A stretch of DNA of 64,000 bases, from the NCBI RefSeq assembly GCF_963676685.1, contig NC_092354.1:37882001-37946000 (forward strand), given 5' to 3'. This document shows positions 11,190 through 23,285 of the stretch, piece by piece. Under the pieces are notes generated by a model. It was not told the origin of the DNA, did not search any database, and saw only the letters and a program-made list of their open reading frames with translations. Made by a program: the position numbers and the translations under genes. The DNA is from Mytilus edulis (lineage: Eukaryota). Position 1 is the first letter of the stretch; every line of letters begins with the position of its first letter.

Positions 11190-11925
11190 TGTACCCCATA
11201 AAGAGACAAGTTGACTTATAAGGACTGTTTCTTCAATGTCACTCATACCGCATCTTTTACCCATTAAGTAAAGATATTCATTGTTTTCACAAATGAGAAT
11301 ATGCATAGCATCCTCAAAAAATTTGCAAATGGAGTTATTCATGTTAAATGATATTTGTAAGAACAAACTCCATATTAAAATAGATGGTCGCACTACTAAG
11401 CACAAGGTCACAAAAATACTAAGAACGAGAAAACTGCAGCTACATTACAAGTGTTTAAAATAATTATATATTGGTTTCTTTCGTGACATCATTCTGCCAA
11501 GAACGGGAATCAACGGCGGATTTCCGTATTGTTCATACGAAAAGATGGAACTCTCAGAAGCATATATAGGGACACCAATTTGAGAGAGTTTAGCTCTGTA
11601 TTACTCGTTTCATTTCCTTGATGTGCGTTTTCATTTTAATTGTAGAAGTGTATTTGCGATGTTAACATTCAACTTGTTATAAAAAAACTATCTAACGATT
11701 TTATCATTTTTAATAATCATTGCATATTGGTAAGGTACCAGAAACATCCTCGACACTGGCATCGTATAATCTTATTTTCTGTTGTTTTACATCCATTCTG
11801 AAATTTAAAAGTATCACATTTAGCACTATGTATCATTAAATGCATCACATCTTCTACAGCTCGTACAACACAAATTTGATGAAAAAGTAATAAAAAAGCA
11901 TGTTTTATATTACCTTGCATTTAAA

Positions 11926-12093
11926 GATTGATTGATTGTTGGTTGCTTAACGTCCAGTGGCAAATATTTCATGCATATTCAGGACGAGAACAAGTTCACA
12001 ATAAATACAATAGGTAGGTTGATACAATAGAGGCCATCTGGGATGCTGGTCGGAGAAATTTGGACTGCCACCGGAAAAAAGGAGGGTATATTG
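11926..12093 (-). mobile_element. SINE family A, 3' fragment
   Basis: (GATT)n tail followed by GTTGGTTGCTTAACGTCCAGTGGCAAATATTTCATGCAT, shared with the full copies. Confidence 0.85.
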
Positions 12094-12112
12094 GGTATAT
12101 TTTAAATTAATA

Positions 12113-12214
12113 CACTATGACCGAATAAATTTGATCTGCGATACCTGAATGCACATACACGTGAAGACCCAAACAAGATCCTCGTTCGCAGATCAAATTT
12201 ATTCGGTCATAGTG
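12113..12214. mobile_element. 102-bp Tc1/mariner-type MITE
   Basis: Perfect 29-bp TIRs CACTATGACCGAATAAATTTGATCTGCGA, flanked by TA on both sides. Confidence 0.7.
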
Positions 12215-12354
12215 TATTTATTTACGTTCTTTGATTGAGTTAATTGATATTTTATTGTGTTTTTCTATGTTGGGACTGTAAAGGGTGACTGAGGAATAGA
12301 AATATGATCACTTGGTCTTCTCCTGACCGGTAGTAAAACGAATAAATCACAAAA

Positions 12355-12745
12355 ATCGTCTTGAAACTACTGGGCAATAGTTTAACTGAACTTAGCCACA
12401 ATCATCATTGGGGTTTTTAGTTTAAAAATTGTGTCCGGTATACCAACCAAGATGGACACCACGGCAAAACATAGAACATAGGGGTACTATGCAGTTTTTA
12501 GCTTATAACTCAATTTTCTCGTAAATCTTAGTAATCTTTTAGAAAAATCTTCTCCTGAAACTACTCGGACAAACAAAAAACTTGGCCTCGCTCATCATTG
12601 GGGTATTTTGTTTAAAAATTGTGTCCGGTGACCGGGCATACCAACCAACCAAGATGGCCGCCACAGCTAAAAATAGAACATGGGGTAAAATGCAGTTTTT
12701 GTCTTATAACTAAAAACCAAAGCATTTAGAGCAAATCTGACATAG
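12355..12745 (+). repeat. Helentron-associated repeat (two monomers)
   Basis: AACTTAGCCACAATCATCATTGGGG..TTGTGTCCGG..CCAAGATGG occurs twice. Same family at 47513-47740 and, inverted, ~60970-61192. Confidence 0.65.
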
Positions 12746-13362
12746 GGTTTGCAGTAGTAAGACGAATGAATTCAAGTTCGTCTTCTTTCTTTTCCACGTT
12801 CCTTTATGGTGCTTGATGTTCTCAGTAATACATAGTTGGGAACCTTTCTTCCTAAGGACCGGTTTCATTATTGCGTCATTGCCTCAGCTGTTAAAATATT
12901 AAAATTGTGCATCTTGAACTGAAAATGATCGGTTAAATATTTTCGTCCTGTTTGGTAAATTCAGGTAATAAAATTGTTAGTTATAATAATTCAGAGGAAT
13001 CCCTTGAAAATGTATTTACAAAAAGTTACTAAAAGTAAGCCACATATTATTAAAGTCAAGGATATGGTTTGCACATTTAATTTGTTTCCATAGAGGACTG
13101 TACTCTACAAACTGGGAAAAAATTGTATCCCTCAACATTAATAGGGGTGTTATATCCCAAATGTGTTTCTGTCAATAGTATAATATCATAATGAATGATC
13201 TGTTTTAGAAATGAGGGGTCATGTAATTTATTGTAGGATTTAGAAATTAAGCCCCCAACATTCCAAACACACTTAAGATAATTTAGATAATAGAATACTC
13301 TTGTGCTTATTCATTACTTCAATTAAATGTTTAAGAAATAGTGTTGTTAAAGTGTGTACTAA

Positions 13363-13784
13363 TTGATTGATTGTTGGTTGCTAAACGTCCAGTGGCAAAT
13401 ATTTCATGCATATTCAGGAAGAAAACAAGTTCACAATAATTACAATAGGTAGGTTGATACAATAGAGGCCATCTGGAATGATGGTCGGGGAAATTTGAAC
13501 TGCCACTGGATGAGGGTATATTGGATAGGGACTGACAGTTTGCCTTGAAACAGGCCACCTACGGACCCCTCAATAAGTTGTTGCAAGGGTTCTTAACGTG
13601 CAAAGAGCGTGGCACTCTCTTCACACGAGGCATCGGATTTAACGTCCCCCTTCTGACCGGACGTGACTGCGAACTTGATACATCCCGCACAGCCAAACGG
13701 ACGCCCCACTTCGGCAAGCGTTTTACTGCCGGTCGGGATAAGACCAAGTGACCATATTTCTATACCCCAGTCACCCTTGGGGGG
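13363..13784 (-). mobile_element. SINE family A, full length
   Basis: ~420 bp. 12-bp TSD AAAGTGTGTACT at 13349-13360 and 13785-13796. Confidence 0.9.
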
Positions 13785-14218
13785 AAAGTGTGTACTGAAA
13801 TATTCAAGTAATTTGGGAGTAAAAAATAAAATAAACCTTGTGTAATTCACAAAATGTTATATGAAATATAAACACGCACAAAAAATTCCCCAAAACAGAT
13901 ATGTTAAGTTCAAAACTAAATTCAAATAAAAGTTATACAATACAATATTAATATAAATTTTTTAATACATTTGGCAGAAATTAATGCAAATAGCCTTTAA
14001 ATGTTAATATCTCCTGCGTTGATAACCACGATTGTCTCGAAACTGATGATTGTTCCCTCTTCCGCCTCTATATCTCCGGCCTCGGCCTCTGTTGTACATA
14101 TACGGATGCGAGTCATCATCTGGCACAAAATCATTTGTATTGTCACGGTGGACTTTAGGCGGTGCATAATTGTAATGGTTAACATTGCGTTTCATGGGAG
14201 TTCTCGGAAGGAGGCCAA

Positions 14219-14314
14219 GAATGCGTTTCCCTCGGTTTTAGTTTGTTACCCCGATTTTGTTTTTTGTTCATGGATTTATGAGTTTTGAACAGCGGTATAC
14301 TACTGTTGCCTTTA
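14219..14314 (+). mobile_element. Solo 3' end of the Penelope-like element
   Basis: Reverse complement of ~7597-7690. Confidence 0.8.
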
Positions 14315-15296
14315 TCTAGACACAAAGCCCTTACATAAGAGTACAAACAATGAATATTCAGATGAACGTTTATCATTAAAATCATCAACATTATAAAATA
14401 GTCATTTTATTGCTCTCTTCATTGATATTTGTTTTAGTTTTGAGTATTAGTAGGTCAGACATCTCAATTTTCATGGTCATCATTCAACAGATCAATACTA
14501 AACAGAAAACTTTAATTAAGGTTGATATTTTTCTCCATAGTGCGACTTTTTTTTATTAATTTGAAACGGAACGTTTTTTTCCAAAATTTATTAGAAAAGG
14601 GAAATTTCAACATAATGAATATATGCAAAAAAGAGTCATATCATCACAATCATTGATGCACAAGAACTTGATCATATAAATGCAACAATGTAAATAATGT
14701 AATTATCAAATGAAAAAAGGAACGAATGAAAAAAAATATAAGAATTTGGTTGTCCAATTAAACTTGCTTAATCTTCTAATTTGAATCGCTCCATCCAATA
14801 AAGATGTACGGAGGAAGATCTTTGAAGAACAGAGTGAAAAAATGTTTTGTATAAGAATTGCAGAAATGTTCTAGTGGATGACTTGACATTTATATAGTGG
14901 ACTGAATAATTGTACTGAGCAAGTCGTAAAAAAAGAAAACAAAAACTTTAACAGAAATTGTTTATATTATAAATTTGCGAATATAAGCATACTGCTATCT
15001 ATGTACACCACAAAGGTATACAATTCAATTGTTTGCATATACAAGTATTAGAATGAAACTATAACTTTATATTTTTCATAATAGAATAAACAAAACAAGT
15101 TTTTCATTTATTTAGACATTTCATCATTTTGTTTCAGTGAAAGGACTTTACTCTTTTACTGTAAATATTATTATACTTTCCAAAATGAGAATACTCTTTG
15201 TTGTCATATAAATGAACAAGAAATAATCGTAACAGGATGCTGTTACGAAGTCTCCCAAACAAAGCTCCCGTTACTCGCCAATCATATGGTTCCATA

Positions 15297-15795
15297 CTCA
15301 TTTGATTTGATATTTTTTCCCATACAAGAAAATATATGGCTTAGGGGTGGGGATCTCCATCATTTACAAGTATTCAAACAGGAGGGGTTGGTGCTGACCC
15401 CCAGAGAATTTACCTACATTTCATTTGATTTGTTTTATTGCCCCTACAAGAATATATATGGTTTAGGGGTGGGGATCTAAACCGTTTACAATATAATAGC
15501 ACATTCTGAAATTGAACGGGGTGGGTATGACCCAAGGATTTTCCCTTTAATTTCATTGGATTAGTGGTATTGTCCCATTGAAGAATATATATGGTTAAGG
15601 GGTAGGGATGTTGACGTTTACAAGTTTTCAAACAAGAGTGGGTGTGTTGACCCCCTAGTGACTTCCCTATTATTTTATTTCATTTGTTTTATTGTCCCTT
15701 CCAAGAAAATATGTGGTTTAGGGTGGGAATCTGGACCGTTTACAAAATAATAGCACATTCTCAAATTGAACGGAGTGGGGATGACCCCTTGGGAC
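15297..15795. repeat. Diverged tandem repeat, ~125-bp unit, 4 copies
   Basis: TCATT..CAAGAAWATATRTGGTTTAGGGGTGGG..CGTTTACAA at ~15297, 15421, 15552 and 15680. Confidence 0.7.
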
Positions 15796-15798
15796 TTA

Positions 15799-16128
15799 TT
15801 CGCAGTTCATCGCATCGTTCGGTCAGATTGGGGACGTTAAATCCGATGCCTCGTGTAAAGAGAGTGCCACGCTCTTTGAACGTTCAGAACCCTTGCAACA
15901 ACTCTTTGTGGGGTCCGTAGGTGGCCTTGTTGCAAGACAAAATTTCTGTCCCTATCCAGTATACCTTTATTTTCCAGTGGCAGTCCAAATTTCCCCGAAC
16001 ATCTTCCTAGATGACCTCTATTATTTCAAGACCTACTTATAGTATTTATTGTGAACTTGTTCTCGTCCTGAATATGCATGAAAAATTTGCCACTGGACGT
16101 AAAGCAACAAACAATCAATCAATCAATC
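15799..16128 (+). mobile_element. SINE family A, 5'-truncated
   Basis: Central domain and (CAAT)n tail match the full copies. Confidence 0.85.
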
Positions 16129-16129
16129 T

Positions 16130-17240
16130 AGATATAGTTCCTTCGACCATGTTTTTTAAGTCATCCAATTCTCTTTTTAATCTCTGCATCTCCCTATCAC
16201 CTTGTGTTTGTTCTTGCTGTTTTCTTTGTCTTGTTCGTTCTTTTTCTGATTCTTTCTTGACATCTTTCATTTTTGTTTTACTTTCCCGTACTGGTTCATT
16301 ACTTGCTCTACTGTATTTTTCTGCCCATTCTTTTGTTAACTGTCTAATCCTCTTGTTGAGTTTTACTTTTGTCCTGGAACTGTCTTTGTTTCGGCTTTGT
16401 GTCTCTTCTGTTGTTTCTTGCCAAATTGTGTGTAATTATTCTGTGGCACTATCTACATATATCTATGATTCAGTTGTTATGAATTCCCTATATGATCTTC
16501 TTATTTCTGTGATGAATTGTTTTATTTTTTCGCTGAATAAAGTTTTTGCCTCGTCCTGGCCAAATATTGCTGTAAAGGATGCATCCTTTAGAGCTGCATA
16601 TACTGGCAGTTCATCATTTTGAAATCTTCTTGAAAGTTTCTAACACACCCCAAGGGTGACTGGGGTATATACATATGGTAACTTGGTCTTGTCCCGACCG
16701 GCAATTAAACGCTTGCCGAAGTTGGGCGTCCGTTTGGCTATGCGGAATGTATCAAGTTCGCAGTCACGTCCGGTCAGAAGGGGGACCTTAAATCCGATGC
16801 CTCGTTTAAAGAGAGTGCCACGCTCTTTGCACGTTAAGAACCCTTGCAACAACTCTTCGAGGGGTCCGTAGGTGGCCTGTTGCAAGGCAAAATTGATGTC
16901 CCTATCCAATATACCCTCATTTTCTAGTGGCAGTCCAAATTTCCCCGACAATCATCCCTTATGGCCTATATTGTATTTATTGTGAACATGTTCTCGTCCA
17001 GAATATGCATGAAATATTTGTCACTAGACGTTAAGCAACCAACAATCAATCAATAAGTCTCTAACTAGGGTTGATATGTGATGCCTTTTAGATAACAAGT
17101 TATGAATTTTTTCCACACAGCTAACAATAAGTGTTTCACCTTCATTATCCCAGCTATCCATGTCAAAGTTAATGGGTATTACAGTTATAATTGGAGGTTG
17201 TGCACTTGAAATATCTTTAAATGCTTTGGCCATTTCTGAA
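16130..17240 (-). pseudogene. Decayed ORF with charged coiled-coil region, interrupted by a SINE
   Basis: Removing SINE 16648-17054 joins ..KIHNLLSKRHHISTLVR to KLSRRFQNDELPVYAALKD..MQRLKRELDDLKNMVEG. Two in-frame stops. Confidence 0.5.
16648..17054 (+). mobile_element. SINE family A, near full length
   Basis: Flanked by AAGTTTCTAAC and AAGTCTCTAAC (11-bp TSD, one mismatch). Confidence 0.88.
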
Positions 17241-18129
17241 TCAGAGTATTTTTGTGATTAGAATATTAGAAACTTTACAAAAACTGCATATACAAAGGAA
17301 CAGGAATGAATTTGCAAACATGTAATTGTGAAAAATATTACTTGTGACAGCAAGTGTCACCTTGGGCGAGAGTACCAAATAGGATTCAGATATACAATTA
17401 AAATTAATTTCTCACCCTGAGCATTAGAAACATCGAAATTACTGTTTTGACAAAATAATAGAGCATCTGTGAATTCAAAATTTGATAAAAAAAAAACCAG
17501 ACAAAACCATAAGGAGATTCAAACGTAGGCATAATTTAGAAAATAAAAATATCAATTTATTAAAAAAAGAAAGAAAGTGAGAAAATGACATCCACTGAAG
17601 ATCTTTTTTATTCTGAAAAAAATATAACAGTTATTAAAGATTAGAAAGATTATACCATAGGGAACATAAGTTCTAATTTTCAAATGGATTGGACTTTAAC
17701 TTTTACATTTACTCAACCCCTCTTAAAATTTCTAGACTTATACTCACTTGTACGGTTTCTCAAATACGCATCACCACCCCACCAGTGACTGGTTAAGGTA
17801 GTTAGTTAAAAAGTTATAAGTAAAATGTATATTTTTTTCTTGTAGGAAATTTTTTAAACAATAATAAGATTCAACGGAATAAAGAAGCAAATTATTCCTA
17901 CCAGAAACAGAACCTAATTTAAAACTTTTTAGTGTACAAAAATCGAAGGCCGAAAAGTAATCTACCGAATTTGCAAAACTAAAAAAAAACAAAGGAAAAT
18001 AATTCATGACACAAAAATATAAATAAGTAACAAACAAAAAATGGTGGGGTGATTCTGAATATCTTTAATTCCTTTTTATTCTGAAAAAAATATAACAGTT
18101 TTTAAAAATTAGAAAGATTATACCATAGG

Positions 18130-19020
18130 GAAGACTCGTCTCCTTATAACTCTGTTCACAACTATTCTTATCTGACATTTCTTCACAACAGTTTTCCTCC
18201 TCTGAGCTAATTTCGATTATTTCCTCCTTTTCAATTTTAATGCTCAGTGTGCTCGTCTCTTCTTTCTTTACCTTGACGGTCTCGTCCTCCAAGCTAATTG
18301 GTATGTGTTCTATTTTGTCCTCTTTTGTATGGCTTTCTTAATGTTTTGCCTTTTTCTAGATACGTCACACGATAAGGGTACACTCTCTGCTTTCATCAGC
18401 AGTCTTTTAATTTGAAACGATTTTCTAACAAGGTTGTGTTTTCCGACAAGGTGGTCTGTTAACCTGTCCACTACAGCCACGCAGCCTTTATACGGGCACC
18501 GTTTGATTATGTATCCCTTCTTGCTTCTAATCGCGTCATCTTTATGTATATTGGGAACTTTATGTACAATTTTCATATGTCGCCATATGTTAATGACTGC
18601 TTTTCTACATATCTGACAACTTCGTGCTTCCCGCACTCGTTTTGGTAGTTTGTATTTCGTCGAATTTTTGCGAGTGGTGTGTTGGTGTTGGTCTTTGTCT
18701 TCTTAATTGGAATTACATCCTCCCCGTCTGTATCTGTTTCTCTAACTATTTTTCTCTTTTTCTGCTTCCTCTTGCAGAAGGGAAAAGACACATTCAGTTT
18801 TGGCGCTGGATTCGACCTAGTCGATCTAGTTGGGGCACTTACGATGTTTTCCAAATCTGATAAAAAATCACGCACTCGCTTTACTGACGTAGAATTCTTC
18901 TTCCTCTTGGACAGTGCAACAGGAACATTCAGTTTGGTCTTGGAGCGCTTTGATGTGCCAGGTACATCACTTTCAAAACTATCTGAGATGCAGTCTGAGC
19001 CCGATGAGGAATCACTTTCC
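18130..19020 (-). pseudogene. Frameshifted exon: Lys/Arg/Ser-rich region, two C2H2-like fingers, acidic tail
   Basis: Acceptor TTGCAG at ~19021. Consecutive ORFs 18573-19031, 18310-18636 (CQICRKAVINIWRHMKIVH; CPYKGCVAVVDRLTDHLVGKH) and 18065-18292 are broken by a frameshift and a stop. Confidence 0.6.
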
Positions 19021-19170
19021 TGCAATTGCAAACATGTTACTTTAATTTTAACCTGCGATCATCAAATATGGTGTTAATACATAAAGTTGGACACCAGATA
19101 CTAAATTAAGCCCAATTGTAAAAGTTTTTGTTAATTGTAAAAGTTTTTGTTATCTTTTTAGCGATAGTAG

Positions 19171-19335
19171 GCAGACTTGGTGTCAATTACAATGGAATGT
19201 AATTAATTAAATTACACATTACATTGCAAAAATGGTCAATTACATCAATTACACATTACACTGTTTTTTAAATGTAATTAATTAAATTACAATTACTTTA
19301 ATAAAGTAATTAATTAAATAACACATTACATTTCG
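19171..19335 (+). mobile_element. Probable hAT-like non-autonomous element end with repeated AATTAC/GTAATT motifs
   Basis: CAGACTTGG start followed by clustered direct and inverted (C)AATTAC motifs. The opposite end was not found. Confidence 0.4.
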
Positions 19336-19594
19336 TCATGGTATTTTTTAACAATATTATACATGTATAAATTATGCATGTGTAAAATGTTCATGTAAGC
19401 ATAGTTTAAGCGTTGCATTATTGATAATCATTAGCTATTTTAATGTTTTGTCATTTAGTCTGCATCCCTCTGGTCTGAACACTTTGATAGCATTCTAAAT
19501 AGCTTTACGACAGGAGCTAATGTGGCAGATATTGCTTGATCAGAACATGGAAGTTCTATGATCAGAAGATCATCATATTGATAGGATCATTGTC

Positions 19595-19742
19595 TAATCG
19601 GAGCCTTTTATAGCTGACTATGCGGTATGGGCTTTGCTCATTGTTGAAGGCCGTACGGTGATCTATAGTTGTTAAAGTTTGTGTCATTTTTTGTCTTTTG
19701 TGGCTAGTTGTCTCATTGGCAATCATACCACATCTTCTTTTT
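19595..19742 (-). repeat. Dispersed repeat family B (AAGAAGATGTGGTATGATTGCCAATGAGACAAC)
   Basis: Also at 30708-30955 (+) and 47010-47240 (-), with fragments at ~25068 and ~56470. Confidence 0.75.
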
Positions 19743-19837
19743 GATATAACATGCATTATGGTAACATAAATCTATGATATAAATTTTAAAAAATACTATC
19801 AACCTTGTAATGAGAAATGACTGATTTAAAATAACCT

Positions 19838-20752
19838 ACCGCTGTCTTCAAAAAACATTTTGAAATCTGTTGGAGACATCAAATGTTCCTCTTTATTTAC
19901 TTTAAGTCTAACCTTGCTCCCAATAAGTGTTTTTTGTCTAAATGAAACATTCATTACATCATCCGAAATTTCAAAATTCAATGTTGTTTTCTGAAATAAA
20001 ATGTCAGAAAAAATATCGAAATTTGAAGAAAACTTGTGTTCTACATAATGTTTTTACTGGGTAAATGCTTTTGGATTTACAAGGGAAAAAGTCTGTCCAT
20101 AAAGTTATCTTTACAAATCCCTAGGGAAGACCGTGGTAGACTGTAATCATTTTTTAAATTAGCAGAGCAGTTACCTGATTTATGATATTATTAGTTTACA
20201 AATAAATATTTGATAGCACACTTACCAGTGCTCAATAAATGATAAATTGTGTCAATCAATGTTTGTAGATTTAAGAGAATTTGTAATCAAAAGAGTTAGG
20301 GTGTCACTCAAAATAATTGATTACAAAAAACTGGACCTCACATATTAGTTACTCAAACCTATAATACTAGTAAAGTTATATATATTTTTAAAGAACCTAT
20401 CAAATTTCTCCGCACTTTTCAGAACATGCGTAATATAAAGATTTGAAAACTAACAAAGAAAAATTACATCCGAAATTTTCTTTTCTTTGCAGAAGTGTTT
20501 CATTTTTGAAACATCATCGGTGTCTTTTAGGACTTCTAAACCTCTGAAGGCTGTCTCTTCGACCAGTCCTGTCACGCAGTTGAATGTTGATGCCTTGAGA
20601 TTTTTGTTGCCATCAAATTTCTTCTCCACAATTTCCCAACACCTTCCACTCAATTTTGTAATGTTGGTAATTGGCTGAAAAGCCAGTTTTTCTTTCCTCT
20701 GAAATAGATTACACAAATTTAATAAATTGATTTTTCTTGTTGCATCAGACAT
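19838..20752 (-). CDS. Possible two-exon gene or pseudogene of unknown function
   Basis: 100-aa ATG-initiated ORF at 20450-20752, plus a segment ~19838-19991 bounded by TTTCAG and GTAGG that reads KTTLNFEISDDVMNVSFRQK..FFEDS. No domain recognised. Confidence 0.3.
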
Positions 20753-20964
20753 TTTCTTAAAATATATGAAAGAAACTGCATATTTCGTTGATTTATTGTT
20801 ATGATAAACAGGAATGTGTTTACCAGTAGATATTTTATACCATGGTACTCTCTAAATAAAAAAATACACAACTTTATCTCAGTAAAATAATAATAAAGGT
20901 GTTTAATTTCTTTTTATAATAACTTAATGCTTACTATGTCAAGTCGTTTTACTATTCATTCGAA

Positions 20965-21140
20965 TTTCAAGATATCTCCTATAATATATAAGATATCTCC
21001 TTCAATATATGAGATATCTTATATAATTTCGTTTTTATAAGATATCTCATATATTATAAGATATCTCCTAAACTTTATAAGATATCTCCTAAAGTTTATA
21101 AGATATCTTATATAAAGTATATGAGATATCTTATAAACAA
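20965..21140. repeat. Palindromic minisatellite with AGATATCT core, ~20-bp units
   Basis: About 8 copies of AGATATCTYHTA, forming nested inverted repeats. Confidence 0.75.
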
Positions 21141-21741
21141 CTTTTATATAATAATTATAAATATTATAAATTTATCTTGATCAAATGACCGATTTAAGGT
21201 ATTATCTATGACAATTATCTAATCAAGTAATAAACAGACAGTACCTAAAACTAAAGTAACGACAAGTCAACCTCTCCCTAATCATCCTGGTCCGTCAGGA
21301 TAAACACCAACTTATCACACTGCTCAATCACCCTGTTCCAGTGAAGCTGTAAATTTTGCAGGATAAGCGAATATTGTACATTTCATTTGTCATATATTTA
21401 TATATTTTTTTTATTTAGAGAGGAAAAGGGGATCAAAAGGAAAATTTGAGTTGAAAACCCCCGGATACCCACAACAGATGGAAAGGAGGCGAGACCGGGA
21501 TACATTGACGAAGGCATCAGTTGCTGAGGAAGGCCTTTCATACGTGTGTGTGATGCAGACATACTGTAATACAATACTGCTGAAAATGTTATGCAACGTC
21601 GCTGTTTTTATCCTTGGAACAAAAACCTGGAGGTCACAGTTTAGAATAAAATGTAAGGTTAAATGATCAGTAAACTTATGTTGCTATCGTAATTTAAATT
21701 GAACAAATATTGAAATATCCAGTGTATATAATGTATATATA

Positions 21742-23285
21742 TGTTACAGGCATTTTCTAAATTTAGGCATTTTGTAAAGTGACTGAATTTTCAGGCAATT
21801 TATAAAATGCCTAAACTTGACAGGCATTATACAAAATGACTAAAAATACCTAGTCATTTTGTAAAATGCCTGAAATTTAGAAGCAAAATTTAACAAATTG
21901 CCTGTTCAGTTTTAGGCAATTTGTAGAAGAAGGACATTGACCATAGTGGACAAAGCACAATGTCTTGCAAAGAAAATGACTAATGGTTCAGTACTTGGAA
22001 GGTTTGTTTGTCATAGGATATATTATTTTTAGTGAAACTAAGTAAAGTACATACTCAATTCGTAATTCTGATACCAGAAGTGAATTTATGACTATATTGT
22101 CAATAGAACAAAATTAACAATAGAATTTTTTGAAATTCTAGATTCAAAACAGTAGGGTGAAAAATGTGTAGACAAAAAAGATTTTTTTATTGACTGATTG
22201 CTGTACATGTCATGCATGTAGAATTCTTAATGTGAAAAAAGTTTTGCATTTGAATAAAATATGGCAATATATTTAATGTTCCTTTTCAGAAATAATGAGA
22301 ATTTTAGATTGGTACATACACATCGAAACAAACTCCCCTCTACAATATGGGTTTCGCCATACACGGCTGTGTTTTGTTGTGATGCAAATGTATGGTTGGT
22401 AGTGTCATCTGATACGTGTTTCAATCAGTACAGCCTTCTGCAAATTGTGTCTACGTTTGAATCTATATGGTCCAATATATGGATTGGAGAAAATTTTGGT
22501 TTAAGATCACAATTTTTTTAAATTGAATATAAAGGGCAATAACTCCATAAGGAGCAATTGACAGTTTTTGTCATATTGTCTTATTTTTAGATTGTACGAT
22601 GTAATTTTTTGAACGTTATTGCTGTTTAGTTTATCTCTATAGGCTTTAGATATTATGAAAGATAATAAACAAAATTGTAAAATTTCCTCAGTAAAACTGC
22701 ATTTAACAGACAAATAACAGTGCTTTGACAGAATAAGTATCTACTGCTAAAGAAGATATTCATGTGTGCCATGTGTGCTTATTGCGAACCACAATGAAGT
22801 CGAAAGTTAAGTATTTATCAGCAAAGGTACATTGTAATGAAACGGTAAAATATATCATGATTCAGGTTTCGCAAACTTTGGTTAAACCAGATTTAATGCC
22901 AAACAATGTATTTACAAACAAATCAGGACAAATATTGTGTGACAGTTCTGTTGTCCAAACATTTTGAGAAATGAAAAATATTTTTTTTTAGAGTTTTTTG
23001 GAATAATTCAGTAAAGTTTGTTAATACTCTTATTTTTAATTCAGTAATTATCATAATTAAAGCTGCTCCGGTGTTGAAAGCTTTTAATTGTATATAATTT
23101 CATTCTATAAAACCACTGATTTCAGGCATTTTGTAGAATGCCTATCAATTTTTCCAGGCATTTTGTAAAATGCCTAGAAAAATTAGTCATTTTGTATAAT
23201 GACTGAATTATGCAGGCATTTTAGAAAATGCCTAAAATTTTCAGGCATTTTACAAAATGCCTAAATTTAGAAAATGACTGTAACA
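21742..23285. mobile_element. 1.5-kb foldback-type non-autonomous DNA transposon
   Basis: TIRs TGTTACAGGCATTTTCTAAATTTAGGCATTTTGTAAA and TTTACAAAATGCCTAAATTTAGAAAATGACTGTAACA. Subterminal arrays of AGGCATTTTGTAAAATGCCT-like palindromes. Inserted in (TA)n. Confidence 0.8.

Noticed and set aside
13545-13850. Recurrent ORFs such as SRPAVKRLPKWGVRLAVRD (also at 16656, 34421, 39803, 49475)
   Set aside because: Chance frames in SINE copies, mostly with non-ATG starts and variable ends.
16011-16622. 203-aa hydrophobic plus-strand ORF
   Set aside because: Antisense shadow of the purine-rich minus-strand pseudogene; it starts inside a SINE.
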